From Felis catus (Eukaryota): 64,000 bases of DNA. A model generated the notes under the pieces. The model made no database searches. It saw only the letters and a list, made by a program, of their open reading frames with translations, and was not told where the DNA came from. The stretch lies in NCBI RefSeq assembly GCF_018350175.1, contig NC_058368.1:147686001-147750000 (forward strand). The letters run 5' to 3'. Both the position numbers and the translations under genes were made by a program. Positions 1 through 13,978 of this stretch are shown here, one piece after another; position 1 is the stretch's first letter, and every line of letters starts with the position of its first letter.

Positions 1-296
1 TTGGAAATGTTAAAATATACAACTCAAGGAAAGAATCCTTGGTCTTAAAATACCTAGGTACCTTAAAAAAAGGTTATCATAAATATTGTGACACTTAGAC
101 TAGAAGTCATTTTTCTATTCCTTCTAATAAGATTGTAAATACCCAAGTCTATATCACATCTGCCTTTCCTTTAAAATGCATAAGGTTATTCCTATATTCA
201 TTACTAAAACCTGCAGGGCTTGGGGCTAGACATGTTTTCTAGCAACAGATAGTGTTGAGTTGTGTTTTTCTGTTTTCTTTTTTGTTTATTTTTAAG

Positions 297-509
297 GATA
301 AATGGTATACTGGAAGTCTATAGCATAAGATGGCTTATGATTTTTTTAAAGCCTCTTATGTGCCTAATGAATACCAAACGTTGGTCAACCAAGTGGCTGT
401 TGCGAAAGATCACTGGAGCAGGAATAAGGACTGCAAGTGTTGGGATGCGCCAGCACATCTGGCTGTACTGGAAAGCCTACACAAAGAAAATGGCTTGATC
501 AGGCTTTAA
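297..509 (+). other. Candidate terminal exon or pseudo-exon; reading frame interrupted by TAG at 321-323; gene unidentified
   Basis: Strong polypyrimidine acceptor (tgttttcttttttgtttatttttaag|G at 296/297). Frame reads DKWYTGSL*HKMAYDFFKASYVPNEYQTLVNQVAVAKDHWSRNKDCKCWDAPAHLAVLESLHKENGLIRL*. AATAAA at 691-696. Confidence 0.35.
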
Positions 510-699
510 ATTCCTGGCTTGAGAAATACACAGAGGGCCAAGGAGCTATGATAACTATACTAATATAATCCCTTCTTTCTATTATCACATTGGTTGATGT
601 AGCTGGAAACCAGGCAGAAGTTTAATCCACCATCTCCAATATTTTTTGTGAAATTTAATGTATAAACTGTTAATGACCAAAGCTCAGAGAAATAAAAGG

Positions 700-1240
700 G
701 TATAGAAGCAACCTAACTGTCCATCAGTGGATGACTATATAAAGAATGTGTGGGATTTGTGTATATACACATGCACGCAGTGAACTATTACTCAGCCATA
801 AAAAAAGAATGAAATCTTTCCATTTGGGACATGGATGGACCTAGAGGGTATTAGGCTAAGTTAAATAAGTCAGAAAAATATAAATACCATATGATTAACC
901 TGTGTGTGGAATATTAAAAAAAGGAAGCAGACAGAGAAAAAGATTCATAAATATAGAGATAAACTGATGGTTGCCAGAGGGGAGGGGGACGTCAGGTGAG
1001 TGAAGGGGAGTAACAGATACAAATTTCCAGTTATAATATAAGTCATGGGGATGAGAAGTACAACATAAGGAGTGTAGTTAACAATATTGTAATAACATTG
1101 TAGTGTGACAGATGGTATCTACACTTGGGATAAGCAGTGCATAATATATAAAATTGTCAAATCACTATATTGTACACCTCGAAATGATACATCATACATC
1201 AACTACAATTGAAATTGGAAAATTAAATAAAAAATAAAAT
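700..1240 (+). mobile_element. L1 3' end (L1MA9/L1_Carn-like), 5'-truncated
   Basis: Typical L1 3' motifs (ctcagccataaaaaaagaatgaaatc; atggatggacctagagggtatta; ggttgccagagggg) ending in an A-rich tail. Confidence 0.85.
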
Positions 1241-2610
1241 GTACTTTAAGTATTCATTGTTTAGCTCACAAATTCATGCATAAGTATTCTTGAACACATT
1301 ATTTTTTTCTAATGTCTGTATCTGCAAATGGAACCGGAATTTACCTTTGCCCTGCTATAGTATACAGGATGGAGTAGCCTGAGTCAACCAGAGGAATAGT
1401 ATTTGTAAAGACACAAGAAGGTGACAACTACGAATAGTTTAGTATGGCTAGAGAAAAAGATCAAAGTTGGCAAGTAAAAGATTGCTGTAAAATGAGACTT
1501 GAGAGTTTGAAAGGAACAGATAATGAAAGACTTTGGATTTTATTTCATAAGGCAATAGTAAGCAATTAAATTTATATGAGAGTAACATCATGTTTTTTGA
1601 AAAATGCCTTGAAAGGTATGATCAGAGACCAGGAGTTCAGTAAACGGTATGGCATAATAATTCATGTGTGATTAGTAAGAACATGGACTTAGGTAGAACC
1701 AGTGATGATAAATGTAGTTACCAATTCTATAGACATTAATAAAGTAAAATAAAATGTACATAATGATGGGCATGGGTGGAAAGGAAAAAAAAATAGCAAA
1801 GGATAAAACCTAGGTTTCTAGCCCATAGTTAAGAAATGGTGCAATGATGGTAGTAATAAATATGGAGAAGTTACTAAAGCAAAAAAAAAAAAAAAAAGCT
1901 TTTCGGTCCTAATGATTTTTTAAATTATCTGTTACAATGGACTAAAACATTAAACATAAAGCTTTTGTGTCCTTAGGGCTGGAAAAAGATTTCATGGTAA
2001 ATTAGCATGCAAATAATTACAGCTGCCTCATCTTTTTAAATACTTAATCTCAGCAGGCAAGTGTGCTTGCATGTGTAGTAAGTGCCTCCTTACATTAAAT
2101 CATTGTGTATAAGGAACCAAGCTGATTTTATTCTAGACAGAGCACTTACAGTAAGTGAGTTATAGTTGTGCCAATATCCTATGAAACCACTAAAAAGAAC
2201 AGTGGATGCAGGTATTATTTATGAACTTAATGTGATAAAATGTATCTGATATAAACAAGATCCATTCATTCATTCATTCATTCTCGTGGGCAGATTTGGC
2301 AATCTCCCTCCAGATCACAGTAAGATATGAACCAAAATCTGAATTAAGGGCTGACTCAAAACAATGGGAATCAATTTTGATGAGGAATTAGCCAATAAAT
2401 AGAATAGGCATTAAATGTTACTGAAGTCCCAAGTAGAACTGACAAGAAGCCATTCATATTCCTTGTTCCATTATGGTATGTCCAGAGTTTTGTTAATGCT
2501 CAAAAAGTTCTTTCTCAAAAAATGCATTTAGATTGTGATGTCTCAGAGGAAAATAATGTATTTTAAAGATAATGAATTACTTACCAGATGAAGAAATCAG
2601 TGACTTAGGA

Positions 2611-2810
2611 CTTTTTCTTTAAGAGATTTATTTATTTTTGAGAGAGAGTGCACACGTGGGGGAGGGGCAGAGAGAGAGGGGGGCAGAAGATCTGAAGTGG
2701 GCTCTGTGTGGATAGCAGTGAACTCAATGTGGGGCTTGAACTCCTGAGCCATGAGATCATGACCTGAACCAAAGTTAGACGCTAAACCAAATGAGCCACC
2801 CAAATGCCCC
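2611..2810 (-). mobile_element. Can-SINE (SINEC)
   Basis: Reverse-complement head (gagccacccaaatgcccc), GA tract and T tail; degenerate TSD ca(g/a)tgactta. Confidence 0.92.
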
Positions 2811-3568
2811 CAATGACTTATACCTCTTGTTGTTAGAAAAATTGGACTAGAATCTGAGATTCTATTTAATGCTTGCTTACAGCCTGAAATCTCATGAGAA
2901 TATACAAGAGGAGTAGAGGGAGCTCTCATTGTCCAAACTGCCTGGAATGAGGATTCAGGAAAAACCGAATATATTTTTTCCTGTCCATCAGGTAGCTATT
3001 TTCCCAAAGAGTGTGTGTTCTAATGAACAGAGAGATTTAAAGAAAAAGGTGCAAAGACATGAAGACCTAAGGGAGCATCTGCAAGGAAGGTCTATTCTTC
3101 TTGTGCAAAGTCCTCATCTTAAATATTCTACTCTAATGTGGTAATAGGCAAAGTTTAAGCTAACTGCCTAGTTCTTACTATATTGTAGTTCTTGTCTATA
3201 TATTAGTTTTGGGTTTTATATTTGAATTGCAGTCCTATCATTGGTCTTATGAAAGTTGACATGATAAAATGCTTTTACTATGTTCCATCCAATTTCCTTC
3301 AGGGTTCATTGGAAGAGGGGGTGCTAACATATTCAGTGGTCTACTACACGAAGACTAATAGCTATTATTAGCGATGGGCCAACTTAAGACATGGAAAACA
3401 TAAGAGGGCAAACATGTAGGAGGAACAGGAAAATTAAGTTTTCCAATTGATACATTAAGAGAGACACCATTTAGAAAAGGGAATGGTAGATATTAGGGAG
3501 ACACATTCAATAAACATTCTTTTGAGCCAGGCCAGAGGGCCAGTGCTATGAGTAAAGATAGAAAAGAA

Positions 3569-3761
3569 GGGTACCTGGGTGGCTCTGTCTGTTAAGCATA
3601 TGACTTCCCCTCAGGTCGTGATCTCAAGGTTCATGGGTTTGAGCCTTGCAGTGGGCTCAGTGCTTACAGCTTGGATCCTGGAGCCTCCTTCAGATTCTGT
3701 GTCTTCCTCTCTCTCTCTCTCTCTGTCCCTCCCCCATTCTCTCTCTGAAAAATAAACATGA

Positions 3762-3840
<79 letters not shown>
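3569..3840 (+). mobile_element. Can-SINE (SINEC_Fc-like) with (AAAG)n tail
   Basis: gggtacctgggtggctc head, tcaggtcgtgatctc, (CT)n tract, aataaacat tail. Confidence 0.93.
3761..3840 (+). repeat. (AAAG)20 tetranucleotide microsatellite
   Basis: 80 bp perfect repeat in the SINE tail. Confidence 0.97.
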
Positions 3841-3841
<1 letters not shown>

Positions 3842-4399
3842 CCCTATCCTCAAAGACCTTATGGTTTTTAGCTAAGTAAAATAATATAGTCAATAACTAA
3901 AATGGAGAGAAGTATGGGGAAGAAGGTGTGCACAGCGGGCTAGAAGATCCCAGATAATGGGACGTTTAATGTCTGGTGGGCAAAAATAATAGAAGGGGAT
4001 TTCAAGAGGAAAAGTTCAGTGCTTTCTTATTGCCAGGCAGAATTAACTGAAACTTGTGTAAACCGTGAATAAACTGTACTTGAGAATGATAGTTTTATGC
4101 TAAAGAAGACCTGAATTATCTTATTACTTGACACTTATTCCTCTCATTTTCCTCCAGTTTTTATCTTTTTCAGTATATATGGTGGTCTACCAGCCACTAT
4201 CTCAGACTTAATATTCCCTTCTTTTGAGGGGGGCATCCACAATCATCTATTTCTACTACTACTCGCAGGTTCTTTGATTCTTAAGTCTTCCCAGATCCCT
4301 AGCCTTTTTAGGGCTCCAGCCTCAGAGTTCAGCCTTTTGTCATCTTATATCATTTTTAGATTTCAAACAAAACAAAAACAAAAACAAAAACCTATGTCA

Positions 4400-5150
4400 C
4401 AGGTTTTAACATGTATTTGTGGACCAGTCAACTCCAAATTCTTCTCTAGGCTTTAGATCTTAACATCATCCTGAGAAAAACTGAAATGTGCTCCAAATTT
4501 ATTTTTCATTTTGTATTGCCTCTCTTAATTGAATTGTCACTATTCTCTCACTCTAGCAAAAACTCTTATACTGAAAGCATTTCTCTCCCAGCCCTCAAAT
4601 ACCTTTAATAATGTAAGATTCTCTCTCCCAAGTCCCCTTCCAACCATATCCTCATCTTAATTCTCACTGCCATTGCCTTAATTTAGGTCCTCGTTGTCTT
4701 TTGCTTAAATAATCAGAATAATCGATTAGTATCTCTAACATCATTCATTTTGACTTATAATCTATCTTCTCTTCTTCCACAAGAATGATCTTAATACAAG
4801 TAGAAATGCTATTCTGTCTCTTGCTGGAAACCTTTCTTCGACTCCCATTCATCGGCCCAAGTGATAAATGATATGTTCCTTAGCAACTTGCTTCACATGC
4901 AAGCCCTATATGAACTGGCCAGTGCACTCCCTTGCCAACCTCAGAAAAAACATACCTTTGCCCCAGGCCCACTGCTCTTTATTCTCTATCAAACCTAAAG
5001 TATAGAGAACTCTTACATTCTGATGAGGCACTTTTATTTATCACCATGGCTATGATTACCAATTCTTTATTCATGACACTCAATTCTGTATCTCCCTCCT
5101 GTACCTATTTCCTGTGCTCCAGACATGGATATCCAACTTAAATGTCTATT
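4400..5150 (+). mobile_element. Degraded L2 (LINE2) 3' region
   Basis: Pyrimidine-rich stretch resembling the L2 consensus (ctcactgccattgccttaatttaggtcctc; atgatcttaat; ctggaaacctttcttcgactcccat). Boundaries approximate. Confidence 0.55.
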
Positions 5151-6489
5151 TCTGCTAACGCGTACGACAGTATCTAAAACCCAACATTTCTACAAACTAT
5201 GCTTATAATCTTCCACAAACATACTGCATATACAAGTTTTAAGGATTTGTAGTTACTTCAGGGGAATCCACTTATTACTACAGCAATACTTCATTTTATA
5301 TGCATAAAAACGGACTCAGGAAGGTTTGTCAGGATGCTTAGTGTTTCAAAAATCCCAATTTCAAATAGCTTAGTGAAAAGGACAAGGATCATGTCCTATA
5401 ATTTAAAGGCCAAAGTCAAATCACATTGGACTCAAACAATCACTTTGGTCTGTTATTCATATTCTTTTTCCTCACCTCCCAATTCCATTTAGAATTTTTC
5501 CTCATCGTCTCCTCAGACAGAAGTTCCCCTTTTTTAGGAAATATGGAAGGTGACCACTTTAGATTTGCATCACATACTTTCAGCAGCCATCAGATAAATA
5601 CAATACAGTTTTCCTTTCCTAAGCATTAAAAAAAAAAAAAAAACATTCCAGTGGAAAATATTGAACATGTACATCCTTCTGAAACAATCAGTGTGACCAC
5701 AGGGACAGGTTGTTGAGAAACATATTATCCCAGAAGCTAGGAGATGGAACCCCAATGGAACCACATGGACTGAATAAATGTTTAGAGTCATCCAGGAGGT
5801 AGGGAGCGGGGGTTATCACACTGTTAGCCAAAGGAAAAATGAATGCTAAGGAGGCAAAAGCAATAGCTACTTGCACATAGTTACTAAGCAAGTAAGTGGT
5901 CAAGCAAGGACTCAGACTTCGGCCATTTAGTTCCCACACTCTGCTTTTTATGCTCTACAACAAATATAGTCAGCTGTAACTTAGCAACTAGAGACACAGG
6001 GAGATGTAAGACACAGCCCTTATTCCTAGGGAACTGTAAATCTTATACTGTGGGTCATTAGATCCCAACCATTTTATCAACAATTTAGTGTTTTCTCTCA
6101 AGAAAGCTATGGTTGAAAGAAAAAGCAAGCAAGCAAGCAAGCTAGCTATGGTTTAAAAAGCCTTGTAAATGTCATTTATTATGTATTAATTGTGTGCACT
6201 TTACTGATATAGTGCATTCTATTTTATTATTCAGAAAATTACTTACTGAAATTGAGAATTACTATTTTTAGTGAAGAACACCAAAGGCTAGTGAGCTGGC
6301 ATATTGCTTCTGCAGAAACCCTCCTGTCACTTGGATAGGTACCTAGCCTTATGTTTCTTCTGTGCCTGTTAGGTTTGTCTTTTATACTCTAAAAGCCTAT
6401 TTTTCCTTTACCCCTCACATACCAATTTCTAGCCCTTATTGCAGAGAGCTGTCAGCTAGAATCTGGTATAAGAAACTAATTTACAATAG

Positions 6490-6860
6490 AGTGCTGTTGA
6501 TCACTGGGGCTGTTCATAAATGTTCTATTCCTTCTCCCTCTGGTTGGACTGTACCTTCCTATCATCTTGAAGTTAGGCATGGTCATGGGACTCACTTTGG
6601 CTGACGGTGAGCAGTGGCATATGCCACTTTTCTGAGGAATTTTGAAATCTAGTTTTTAATCCAATGTCTTTTCTTTTCCTGTTCCAGCCATCATGAACAC
6701 GTGTAAGGAAATGGAATTTCCATGAACCTTCATCCGTGAGTATAATGCCAAACCACATTGGACTGGTAGCATGAGAGGAACACATTTGTTATGGTATTTA
6801 CCTACTCAGATCCTATGTCATTATAGAATAACATAGCCTATTTGGACCGAATCAGGAATT
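6490..6860 (+). mobile_element. MLT1-family MaLR LTR remnant
   Basis: cttgaagttaggcatggtcatgggactcactttggc and terminal acatagcctat...gaatca motifs typical of old MLT1. Confidence 0.6.
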
Positions 6861-8753
6861 TTCACTCAAGTCATCCAAGTATGTGGACATGTACCTTTTC
6901 CAAAGAATTTACAGTGTTATAAAATGTGTGGAGAAATGTACCAAAGGAAAGAATACACAATGGGGAAATTTTAGAATTTAAGAGCCCTAAGGAGTATTCA
7001 TATTTGAAAGATTCCGTATTAGATAAGTACTCTTCTGCTTGCTAGCAAATAAAAAACAAAGCAAAAAAGAATAGCCATAAAACTTCAATCTGGAAAGATG
7101 ATCACAGAAATTTCTTTTTAAGTTCATTATTCTCTGAAACAACTGCACACACAGATATGCCCACTTTATTTTTTAATAAAATAAGGCACCTACCAAATGT
7201 AAGGAGGTGTCATTTATAGCAACTTCTAATTTAGTGACATCCAGAACATTAAAAAATAAAGTTCTGAGTCCCTATGCTTCTGTTCAAAATTCTGTCTTGA
7301 AGAAAAGAACACGATAAACTGCCCTTTAAACACTGTGAAAGGGAAATAAAACTTTATTATCTCTCTCTAAAGTTAGTTAGGGAAGGTTCTTCAGCTTGTC
7401 ACAGGAATCTGGGAGGAAGGCTGAAGTTAATGAGCTGCTTGCATTGTGATGGGCTTCTTTGAAAGAAGCTGTGCTTCTCCACAGTGAAGCCATCAGAAAA
7501 AAAAAATCAGCATGGTAGCAGGAAGCATCATAATTAATAAGAAGCCCACAATAGAATGCTGTTTAATCTAACATGACTACTACGAACTGTAGACAATAAC
7601 AGCATGAGTCTTCATTTACAAAGGCAATCTATCACTTTTCCTCCCCAGAAAATGAGAAAGTATCAATCTCTTCAGAAGTTCCAACTTAAAATACTGCAGA
7701 ACAAAATAAACTTTCTAGAACAAAAAATATTCTAAAAGATGTGGAGACAAATGTGAAAGAGATTTAATCTCTGTATCTGAGATGCAGTAGAGAGTGGAAA
7801 TCCCATTTACCATCTGTGACTAAATATTCAAATGGCCAACTTCTACTCTCTATAGTACCTTTAAGTGGCCTGTAGCTTATTATCTGAAGGCTTGGGAATT
7901 TTAAGTTCTCTCTAATGACTTGATAATTAAGGTAAAGGATAGCTTTAAATATTTCTTGGGGGAATGACTGATTAACCAAGAAACAAAGTTTGCATTCCTC
8001 AAATTGGCATTTTGAGAATATGGGAAAGAAAAGCACTGGGAAATGAGAGCTCTTTTGCAACCTTTATTCAGGTGTCCAAATTTGTCGTCTTCTTATAAGA
8101 CCACTTCCTTTCTCTGCACTGCTTTCTAAGTAGCAGAGTCCTGAACATCCACTTTAAAAGAAATAGAGGATTAGCAAAAATGTAACTTCCTTTTAAAATT
8201 TTTGTTCCACAGAAAGTAAATGGACCAGGATACATGAAAACTGGATTAATGTGACACAATTCAATTTATTGATAAGTATTAGCATTAATCAAGTCATCTA
8301 GTTGAGGACTGTCATTGGAAGATTAAAAATATGAAAGATTGTCTCAGGATCAATGACCTCCATTATGGACCATCAAAAATTTTACTTTTATTAAAACATG
8401 TTTTACAGCACATATTTTGCAGCAAATCTATTTGCAAGTGGAATTACAATTTTTTAAATGCCTGACAGTATGTGTGATGAGGAGGTTCTAAGTGCTGTTA
8501 AATGAGCTTTGACTCTTGCCAAAAGCATTAGAAAGATAGGAGGTCCACTGTGGTCTATATTTTTTTCAGAATTCCTGGTTATAAAATAAAATCCTTCTCA
8601 GGAAGAAAATTACTATAAAGAATTATTCAAAAATTAAAAAAAAACCTTACTAATAACAAATTTATTTGTATCTCTGGAGAAACTGCAAATATATAAAATT
8701 TCAAGTTTGAAATAAATTTCAAGAATAAATTTATAAACATTTTCTTCTTCCAA

Positions 8754-9430
8754 GACTTCTGGCAAAGATGAGAGAGTAGGGGGATTCTAGGCTCATTTTA
8801 TCCGATGGATACCACAAGATAACACTCATGTGAGTGTAAATAACCCAGTAAATGACCCCAGTGACATCATAAAATCCACAACTAAATGTAGAGAAGAGGC
8901 CACATCAAAGAGGGTAGGAAGGGTGGACCTATGGTCAGGAACTAAATGGACTCACAAGACTATCTGTGGAAGGGACAGAAATGGTGCGTATGGAGAGGGG
9001 AGAGAAACAGACCCATACATTAAAGAAGCCCATGTGGGGAACACGAATCCCCATAACATTTGGTTTTGAAAATCAGAGGGGCTGGATTTTGTGACTTCTT
9101 ATAACCAGCAGGACTTAAAACATGGAATTTTAAAAAAATCAGAAGGCTGGGCTCTGGGAGAGCCAGGAGGGCAAGAGGAAACTGCATCCCCACCCTTAAA
9201 GAGACAACAGAACAAAGAGCCCTTGGAAACAAAACCTGGAAGCAGCACTTAGAAAGGCACCTGGGAGCACCTGAGAGGTTCGGTTGGTTAAGCATCAGAT
9301 TCTTGATTTCAGATCAGGTCATGATCTCACGGTTCATGAGTCTGAGCCCTCTAACTGCTGGCAGTGCAGAGCCTGCTTGGGATTCTCTCTTTCTCCCTTC
9401 TCTCTCTGCCTCTCCCCCACATGGACACTA

Positions 9431-9489
<59 letters not shown>

Positions 9490-11132
9490 AACATATACAA
9501 ACTTAGAAAAAAAAAAGATAAGAAAGGCATCAGGGACATACAAGAGGTAGTTATTTACTAATCTCAGAGCCTGTCTCAGAGGAGCAGAAATTTCTGAGGA
9601 ACTCCTCCAGAAATAAAGGAACTAGCAGGTGTCATTTACCTCTTCCATCCCCCAGCATAAACAGAGGGCCATCTACAGGACTCACTACCTACCTTGTTAG
9701 CACTACAGCTAATTGTGCCCCACTCTGTGCTTCCACTAATCCATTCCTTGGACAGCCCATCAGTCTGGGTCCTATAAGTCCCCTTCCACAGAGGAATCTG
9801 GGAGTGCAAAGCTTGTTAGCACCACTGCACTCCTCTGCTGTGCTTTGGCATATCAAACCTCTCCAATATGCTCTTGATCACAAGTCATACAGGGTGGTTC
9901 CACAGGCCTGGCAGTGTTCACATAGCTCCTACGATGGCCAGTACCATTCCAAAATGGCTCTTGCCCCAGAGAGAGGAAAATATAACTACATAGATAAGCC
10001 AGTCAGATGAAGACGCAGCAGTGGGCTGGAGGCCAACAACTGGTCTGATGGCAGTCCCCATACCCTCCCCTGCCACCAATGAGAGCTTCTCAAGGGACAA
10101 CACAGGAAAAGTGCCCTGCTGTTTGGTGCTACTGCATCTCTGGCAAACACCTTGTCTGACTCAACTCAATCCCAAGGCATCCCTAGACTGGCCCACTAAC
10201 ACCAAAGGGACCAAATATTGCCCATAACAAAGAGAGCCATTACAGAAAACTGGATTGAGGGAAAAAGTGGCTCAGCCACAACAACAGGGCACATACGAGC
10301 TATCCCTGAGTCCCAGGTTCAGGTGAAAAGAGGACTCTTCACAGCATGACACTAGAGGCCCTTTTCTTCATAAGGCCATTACTTTCAAGCAGCAAGAGAT
10401 GTAGCTGTGTTTCCTAACATAGAGAAACAGACACAGAGAGTTAGGCAAAATGACAAGATAGAGGAACATGCCACAAATGACAGGACAGGACAAAAATCAC
10501 ATAAAAAGACCTAACAGAAATGGAAGTAAGTAATATGCCTCATTAAGAATTTAAAGTAATAATCAGTAAGATACTCACTGGACTTCAGACAAGAGTGGAG
10601 AATATCAATGAGATCCTTAACAATAAGGTAAAAAAGAACCGCAGATGAAGAACACAATAAAAACGATATATTAGACGGAAGAAATAATATACTAGACAAA
10701 ACAGAAAAATAAATGAGCATCCCTGAGGACAGAGTAATAGAAAGCAATCAAGCCGAACAGATGAGAGGAAAAAAAAAAAAGGCAAAGTGAGAAGAGACTT
10801 AGGATACTCAGGAACACCATCAAGCATAATACTTACATTATAGCAATCCCAGAGGGAGAAAAGAAAGTGGAGGTGGGGGGTGGGGGGTGGACGGTATTTA
10901 TTTGAAGAAATAATATGTGAAAACTTCATAAATCTGAGAAAGGAAACATTCAGATCCAGGAGGCACAAAGATGCCCAAGCAAAATGAAACTAAAGAAGAT
11001 CACACCAAGACACATGGTAACTAACATGGTGAAAGCAGTTACATACAAGGGAAACCCCTTAAGGCTATTAGTTGATATTTCAAAAAAAACGTTACAGGAC
11101 AAAATGAAGTGGTAGGATATATTCAAAGTGCT
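8754..11132 (+). mobile_element. Carnivore L1 5'UTR plus degenerate ORF1 (3'-truncated)
   Basis: gacttctggcaaagatg start and GC-richer UTR. ORF1-like sequence from about 10450 (atcccagagggagaaaag; tttgaagaaataatatgtgaaaacttc; cagatccaggaggcaca; acatacaagggaaacccc) with many stops. Confidence 0.85.
9263..9520 (+). mobile_element. Can-SINE inserted in the L1 5'UTR, long (CT)n tract
   Basis: SINE body with TSD agaaaggcac/agaaaggcat at 9251 and 9521. Confidence 0.9.
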
Positions 11133-11320
11133 ATTATAGATGGGTTTTCCTAATTTTCATTTTAGATTGTTCATTTTTAGTGTGTAGAAATGCAACTGAT
11201 TTTTTTGTGGTTTTATATTTTCTAACTTTATTGAATTTGTTAATTTTAATGCTTTTTTCTCAAATCTTTAGGATTTTCTACATGTATCTATAGACACAAT
11301 TTTTTTTCTTTCTAAAAAAT
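11133..11320 (-). mobile_element. L1 ORF2 fragment, antisense
   Basis: gattgttcatttttagtgtgtagaaatgcaactgatttt...actttattgaattt is the reverse complement of L1 ORF2. Confidence 0.75.
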
Positions 11321-13761
11321 GGTATTCTTAACACAAACTTTAAAACTATATGAATTTAACGTTTGTTACCTTCTGTAACATAACTGTAATAGCCTAAAAG
11401 ATCTAAGGAATCATATATAAATAAAATATACTTGGAAATACAAGATAATCATTAATTCTGGGGAGTTAGTGTATATAATTCCTTTCCAGTTTCAAACACC
11501 TTATATAGGACTTAATCCTCTAGTCTATTAACTTCCTTAATTATACTTCTTATAATTACTTAATCTATTACCCAAACTAGTATTTCAATATGTGTATTCT
11601 TAATAGTTACTGACATTTTCAATCACATTTCCTGGAATTCACAATTTTCAAAGGACAAGAAGAAAGCCTAAGCAACATTAATCCTGACAAAACTAAGGCA
11701 ACCACTACATATACCTTTCATGAATTAATGTCAATACTGTCAATTCTATAAAACATAAATTCTCCATCAGTGAGAACAGCACTCTTAGCTCTATGGTCCT
11801 AATTACACATTCATCTTATCTGTGATTTATGTATGTATTACAGTTTGATTAAAATACTACTATATGAACAAAATTCAAGCTTTTATCCATAGCTGGGAGT
11901 TTACTTCCCCCCCCACCCCAAAACCTTAAGTTCTGTGAAAGATTTGGCCAGTTGCTTCAATTATATGGGCCTTAGTTAAATCAACATCAATGAAAAGGGT
12001 TAGACTAAAAAAAGGAGTTTTCAGATCCCTTCAATATGGAATATGTAAGATTATATAATCTCATAACCCATGATTAAAGAGCTTAAGAGCCATCTACTAA
12101 GGGTTAGTTACATTGGAGTCTGAAAGGCTACCCATGTTGAATGTTTTTTAAAAAGCACATTTAATGGAACCAAAGTATAAAGTGAAATAATACAAGTTAT
12201 TTGTTTTTGGGCATATAGTAGTCCTAAATTTCATTCCACAGCCTTTCTGGAATGCTTTTAAAATAAAAACTTACTGATAAGTTCACATTGATGATCTTAT
12301 CTACTTTTACCTGTAAACATAAGTACTAGAAAACTTTGGGAAATCAGAATCACTGAATACAGATGGACTGTCTACAAAAGGAAAACTTCACATCTATTTT
12401 ACATGTACCATTTCTTTCTACTGAAACACTGATTTATCCAAAATTTTTAATGTGAGTTTCATGATCCTAAAGTTTTATTCAGTAACATAGGAGCTAAAGC
12501 ATCACTCCTAATTATTATCGCAAATTAAAGAAAAAATAAGTATTATGGTGGCGAGCTCCTAAGAAATCAAAACACCCTTGGCAATAGGTGGATTCTGTCT
12601 ACATTCACATAAATTTTGGCCTATTTTAAAAGTTGAATACTCCTACACTTACATATTCATAAATATAGTGTCTGTACTTTATTTCATGTTTTAAATTGGC
12701 AAATTAAGCAGATAAATTCATTCTATCATTATATGACCCCAGTATTCCATTGTTTTTTATATTTTTTTTAAAATTTTCATATAGTAAAGTCCACATATTA
12801 AAAGAATGAACACAGCAAAGGGTCAATCATTTACCTACTCTCTGGCCCCATTTTAGTAGAAATGTAATGCTTACAACTGGATCTGTAGTAATCAATAATA
12901 CATTCATATAGTACTTCCTCATCTACCATTCCTATGGCAAACATATAAAATATGCATAATATGCCAGGAAATATGCAAAGTGTCTTCATTTTAAAACACA
13001 AACTTCTGCCTTCAAAGAGTTTATATTTTCTAGTGACAGATTTGGTGAAAGAAATATACCAAAGTATCTGCATTAATTTTAAGATAGAGATTTATAGAGC
13101 ATACAGTAGAACAAAAGAGAAGGTGTCAGTGCTACTTGATGGGAGGATGGGAGTTAAGATGAAAAAAATTGTCATAGTATCTAAGATATCACAGAGAAAT
13201 GAATCAAGGCACAGAAGCATGAAACAGCATGGTTTTCTGGACAAGTTCTAAATGGATTGTCTTGGAAAAGAGGGTCCTGGGATGAAAGGAGAAGATGAAA
13301 TAGACTGAGGTGACCAATCTGTTCAGGGTCTTACAGGCTAAAATATTATTTGGACTTGGTCTCATAGTGGAAAACATTAAACATTGTTAAGAAACAATGT
13401 CTTGAGTACATTTATACAGATCTCGCTGGCAGCAAAGAATTTAAGATGGCTTAGGAAAATAAAGATGGCAGAAAGCAATGAAATGAATAGTTGAGGAAAT
13501 CAGGGATAAAGCATGAAGATGATAGAGTCTGGGCCAAGCTAGCAAACAATTAGCAAGAAGGGCCAAATTTGATTCTGAGCTTCCTGAATGCATGGTAGAG
13601 AAAGAAAGGCAGACAAATGAATGATCCCTAATATTCATGAGCCAAAGAGCCTCCTCACTTGTAAGAGGACAAAGCAGTCACCTGCCAGATTTTATGCCCA
13701 AAAAGGGGGAAAAAAAAAGCAAATAGTAATTAAGAATGAGCATTTTCTGAAATAGCTGAGA

Positions 13762-13978
13762 GGGGCATCTGCGTGGCTGAGTTGGTTCAGCGCTGACCTT
13801 GTCTCAGGTCACAATCTCACTGCTCCTGAGTTCGAGCCATGCATTGGGCTGTATACGGCCATCTCAGAGCTTGGAGCCTGCTTTGGATTCTTTGTCTCCC
13901 TCTCTCTCTGCCCCTACCCTGCTCATGCTCTGTCTCTCGCTCTCTCAAAAATGAATAAACATTTAAAATGTTTTTTTT
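13762..13978 (+). mobile_element. Can-SINE (SINEC_Fc-like)
   Basis: Full body; TSD aat(a/t)gctgaga. Confidence 0.92.

Noticed and set aside
3611..3893. ORFs rich in FLSF/ERKK (also 9284-9561, 32399-32614, 48263-48593)
   Set aside because: Translations of (AAAG)n, (CT)n and (GT)n microsatellites and SINE bodies.
10511..10968. 127-aa and 78-aa hydrophobic minus-strand ORFs
   Set aside because: Antisense reading of A-rich L1 ORF1.
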